A stretch of 61,273 nucleotides of DNA, counting the filler, from Asterionella formosa (lineage: Eukaryota), in the NCBI GenBank assembly GCA_002256025.1. It is 14 parts of 14 records of this genome, joined end to end, with 100 filler letters (N's around TTAATTAATTAA, not from the genome) between each part and the next. Parts side by side here need not be neighbours in the genome. Positions count along the whole stretch, not along the records: positions 57,000 to 61,273 come from NKIB01013615.1; 13 more parts are not named here. One strand, written 5' to 3'. The notes below the pieces were generated by a model, which saw only the letters and a program-made list of their open reading frames with translations, was not told the origin of the DNA and did not search any database. Positions 57,134 through 61,273 of this stretch are shown piece by piece. Every line of letters starts with the position of its first letter. The stretch's first letter is position 1. The position numbers were made by a program, and so were the translations under genes.

Positions 57134-60100
57134 AGCTTCTTCCTTAGTTGTGTACTGACGTTGCTTCCGACCATCAGCACAGCCACGGCCCTTAATTGTT
57201 CCATTGCGTTTTTGTTTCAAAAACATGAGGTATTGTAGTGCATCCGTGCGCTGCTCATGTGATAAGTTTTTTGTTGGTTTGAGTACTCCACGTTCATGTA
57301 ATTGGTTCAATTCCTTAAGCACAGCCTCCACACCGGCTTCGCCGAATACTTTTAGCCCTTTCTTTATGTTGTGTTGGGTCATGACGGTGACTTCTAGTAT
57401 GACATGTAGGTGACTATAGTCGCAAGGCTTGCGAGCCCGCAGATCGTATTGGTGTTGTCTCTGGCCATATGCGGCGTCCATTTGTTGAATCCGTTGTTCG
57501 ATACTGGGTTCCTCATCGACCTCTTCTTCATTGTTGGGTTTGGCAGTGTCTTCGTTTATTCCGTTGCCTGGTTCCGTGGCTTCGGGATCGTGTTTGTCTT
57601 CACCATCTACATCGCTGTTGTCAGCTCTTGGTTCATCATTATCAGGCGGGTTGGGTTCCTTGTCGACTTCTTCTTCATCGTTGAGTTCGGCAGTGTTTTC
57701 GTTTAGTTCGTTGCCTGGTTCCGTGGCTTCGAGATCGTATTCGTCTCCATCTTCTACACCTTCTACATCGCTATTGTCATTCACTCCTACGATGTGGACG
57801 GGTGCTGCGGCATCAGCGTTGTCGTCATCATCTTCGTCAGTATTGTCATTGTTGGCTGGATCAAAGGGGTCATCGTCAACATCGTCATGCATCTCATCTT
57901 CAATCTGACCGCGTTTTGTGGCAAAGTATAGGGTGACTTCAGTTTCATCCCGACATGACATTTTGTGAACGCGATCGATAACATCAGTGGGCATTGGCAG
58001 CACAGTCCAATGGCTGCGGTTTAGGACGCGACCTGTGCTTAGGCTGAAAAAGAAGTGTCCGCCCTGGTGGTTTCCTGTTGGGCGTAGGGCAATGGCCCCA
58101 ACCGTGCGTGCAGTCATGCTGTTATCGTGTTCCTCGTGGACTTGTGCGTATGTTCCAAACTCAAGTTTACAGTGATGGTTGTAGTCAATGGTCATGCCTG
58201 CAATTATAGTGCGTGGACTGAGAGTAGGAGATATTCCACCGTGGGCTGGGAAACTGTTTAGCCAGAACCCACAATAATAGACAAGCTCGATAATCATACG
58301 AGCTGGCATTTTGGCAAATGGTAACATGTTGTAGACAGATCGCACTCGTTCTTTAAGTGTGCGAATGTGGCATTCAACCTCAGGGACATGCTCGTCATTT
58401 GCAGAACTGTTGAGTGTCATTCCCATTTCGGCTAAGTTGGCCCGCAGTCCGTCAAATTGTCCATCCATGATGATTGTTTCGATTTGGAAACCTCTTTTTA
58501 TGTAGAGTTTGCGCACATTGTCAATGGCCTTGATTATTGTTGGTAGCCATCGGTTTTCGAGGAGCCCATGCTAAATTTGATGTGTCTTGATATGGTGACA
58601 AGGAAGGGCATAATGTTGACAAACATGATGTCACCTGCAAGTGTCACGACACGGTACTTGTCGATAATCCCGGCGGGGATGGTGGTAGAGTTGGTCCTCA
58701 CTGGCACTGAACTACGGTGCACTGTTTTTCCTTTTAGCGAGCCCACATCGGGCCCGAAGATTTGTTCTGCCGCTATAATGTCATCGCGTGTGATTGGGCA
58801 GTTTGGGAACAGGTTGTTCTCGACAATCTTGATGAATGTGCGGGTACTAGGACGCCCAATAATCTTCTGTATCTTTCGGGCTAGCACAGCTTGTGAGTAG
58901 TCACGTTGGGAGTAGCTAGTACGGTTATCGTCTACCGTATTGATAAGGGTGACTCCAGAGCGATCCTTTGTATCCATGTAGTATAGGCCTTTCATTGATT
59001 CTTTGAACACTCTATAGGTTCCGTCAGGTTTGTGAACATGGAATGCATTGCCCTGGCTGCTATCAAATGTTACCCTGTATCCATGCTCCTTGACACATGC
59101 GAGGGACAGGATGTTCGCGATTCCCTTTGGGTTGTACCATACTGTTCCATATCCATGAAGGTCTCCTATGAGACGAGTTGGGTGCTGATTATACCAGCGT
59201 TGCAGTGGATATCCATCTTACTGGTGTGGACACGGATGTTGCGTAGGAGTTCCGCGTTATGGAACACATCAACTGTTGACTGATTGTCTAATAGTATCCA
59301 TGTACGTGGTAGCCTTCCATCGGGCCCAATTTTCAGACTCACTCCTCCTTGATTTAGAAATTGGAAGTGTACATTTTCCTCGAATTCTCCCTCATGCACA
59401 CCATCCATTAGTAGTGTGGTGGCGGACTGGGTTGATGTCGTTTCAGCTGTGGAAGGAGTACTGGTGGTCAAATTCCTAGGGACAGGTGCAGGCTCCTCGC
59501 ATTCCGTAGCGTAGTGCCCCTTCTTTTGGCATCGGTGGCACATGATGTGTGCCTTTCCTTTTGGCCTTTTCCGCGCGCCATTCTCGCTGTTGTTGTTCAG
59601 TGTCATTCCATCTTCGTAATCCACATTGTGAAAGGATACGCCATCACCAACTGCCCCTACTTCGCGTAGCCCATGCCGTGGATCCTGCTTCCAGTTTGTT
59701 AGTAGATGGTAGGTTGCACTGACAGTCTTGGGGTAGTTGTTTCGTCCTTGTAGGAAGTCATTCTCCATATTTTCAACCAGACGGCCGTAGCGCACACGAT
59801 CAGCTCCTATTAGGAATGCTACTGCTGTGAATCGCTCGAGTACCTCTGCCTTGAGTTCACTTAGCTGTTGATCATTCATGTTCTCCTTGCTAGTTGTCTT
59901 TTCATTCAGAATCATGTTCTCGATTCCTGAGTCGCCAGCAATGGTCCCTCCGCTGTGATCAATAACATCTAGCATGTTCTGGAAGTGTTCTAGGTAGACC
60001 TGTGTCGTCATGTTTCGTCCCTGGTCACACATATAGAACCTGCGTTTGGATTCGTATAGGGAGTGAGGCAGGTATTTCTGGCTTTGGAAGTTATAGTTGA

Positions 60101-61273
60101 TGTCCTTGATGACTTTAAGGAGAGTCAGACCATTGCCTTCCATTGATATTGTTTCAAATATGTCTGTGGCCTCAACCTTCTGCTGCATTATATCCGTGCA
60201 TTGTCCCCATACAAGGGAGTATAGTGTCTTGATGTTTTCTTTGAGGTATGTTGACCTCTTTACAAACTCATCCACTTCTTTCTCCCAAATTCGTTCATCT
60301 GTGCGTGTAGAATCCTTTGGTGGATCCTTAGGTGTAGTGATGCTGACCATCTCTAGGTTCTCAACCACCAATCGTATGTCACCACCGTATTTGTAGGTGC
60401 GCCCTACAAAACCTGCAATCTCCTTCGTCGTCTTTGCGAATAGGTCTGCTTGCTTCATATCCGAGCAGTCATACACATTTCCTCTTAATTCGTTGCATTT
60501 GCCTTCGAATTTCGTTGCAGCTGGTGTCCGGGATGCCTGTTGCTTTCCGAAGTTGAAGCGACCTTTTTTCTTGGCATCAATGCCGAAATCCTTGTCAACC
60601 TTCGTGGCGGTGTCCCCACCTTCTGTTTTCACCTTGTCCATCTTATTTAACTTTAATTTAATTATGTTGAAACCAAAATGTTCTCAATATGTCTTCGTGT
60701 CCATAAAACAACGAATCCGACGATAAAAAGCACACCGGGATGGTATCGTTTATAAAACCAAATAATTTAATTAAAGTGAGCCAGTTTCGCTGGTACCAGA
60801 CACACTATCTCTAATCCTGATATTCCTTGGTTCAGCTGTGATCCACTCTTGTTCGTTAGTTTGCACGCTGGCATGGTTGGTGCGGTCATTGTCAATATCG
60901 GTGTAATTGGTGTAACCATTACCGACATGTCCGTTACACATATTCAACACACTCCTATAATCCTGCATGGCATAAGTGTGGTCTGATGTAGGATTAACAT
61001 TCATGATCATGTTCCGCATCGTGCGGAATAGATTCCCCTGCAAAGGCTTTGTAAAATAGTCGGCTAACATTTGTGCAGTTGGGCAGTATTCTATTTTCAC
61101 TTCCCCTGATGCGACCCGGTCTGCCACAAAGAAATATCGGATATTAATGTGACGTGTTCGACGGCTGCTTGAAGCTGTTCCATTCATTGCCAGCAGCATA
61201 GTGCTTTGGTTATCTTGATATATGATAGACTCCTGTACATCATACCCCTGTGCCTCCAAAAAATACCTGGTCC
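57134..61273 (-). mobile_element. Copia family A copy 3 (reverse-complement variant of contig 13)
   Basis: Same length and structure as 52626-56899. SNPs are concentrated in RH, LTR and gag; the integrase-side ORF translations are identical. Confidence 0.93.
60665..60949 (-). repeat. Family A LTR (285 bp)
   Basis: TGTTGAA...TTCAACA on the minus strand. Confidence 0.92.

Noticed and set aside
52626..61273. Apparent 8.6-kb giant palindrome
   Set aside because: It is two separate contigs of equal length placed side by side by size sorting. The centre is the artificial spacer.

Overview
This window is not one locus. It is 14 unrelated ~4.27-4.30 kb contigs, sorted by decreasing length and joined by artificial 100-nt N spacers containing TTAATTAATTAA (contigs: 1-4303, 4404-8697, 8798-13090, 13191-17477, 17578-21863, 21964-26246, 26347-30629, 30730-35011, 35112-39392, 39493-43772, 43873-48149, 48250-52525, 52626-56899, 57000-61273). 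Spliceosomal introns, protein families and transposon types point to a eukaryote, most likely a diatom (inference). Host genes are a type II membrane LRR protein, a 3-exon UAP56/Sub2 DECD-box helicase, two contig-truncated genes and one unknown ORF. The rest is mostly transposon DNA: an intact Ty1/copia pol with its 3' LTR, three copies of a decayed CoDi-like copia (family A), a relic of a second CoDi-like copia (family B), a decayed Crypton-like tyrosine recombinase, a decayed Plavaka-like transposase, a LINE APE fragment and several MITE/TIR elements. The best candidate for a new system is tRNA-independent, Tf1-like self-priming in these copia elements. In two unrelated families, the sequence at the primer-binding-site position is not tRNA-like but is the reverse complement (16 and 12 nt, different sequences) of a segment inside their own LTR that starts at an initiator-like motif. 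Secondary candidates are a stop-containing cassette exon and RNA structure in UAP56 intron 2, and NN-GTC-NN insertions that look like excision footprints of a GTC-ended DNA transposon.
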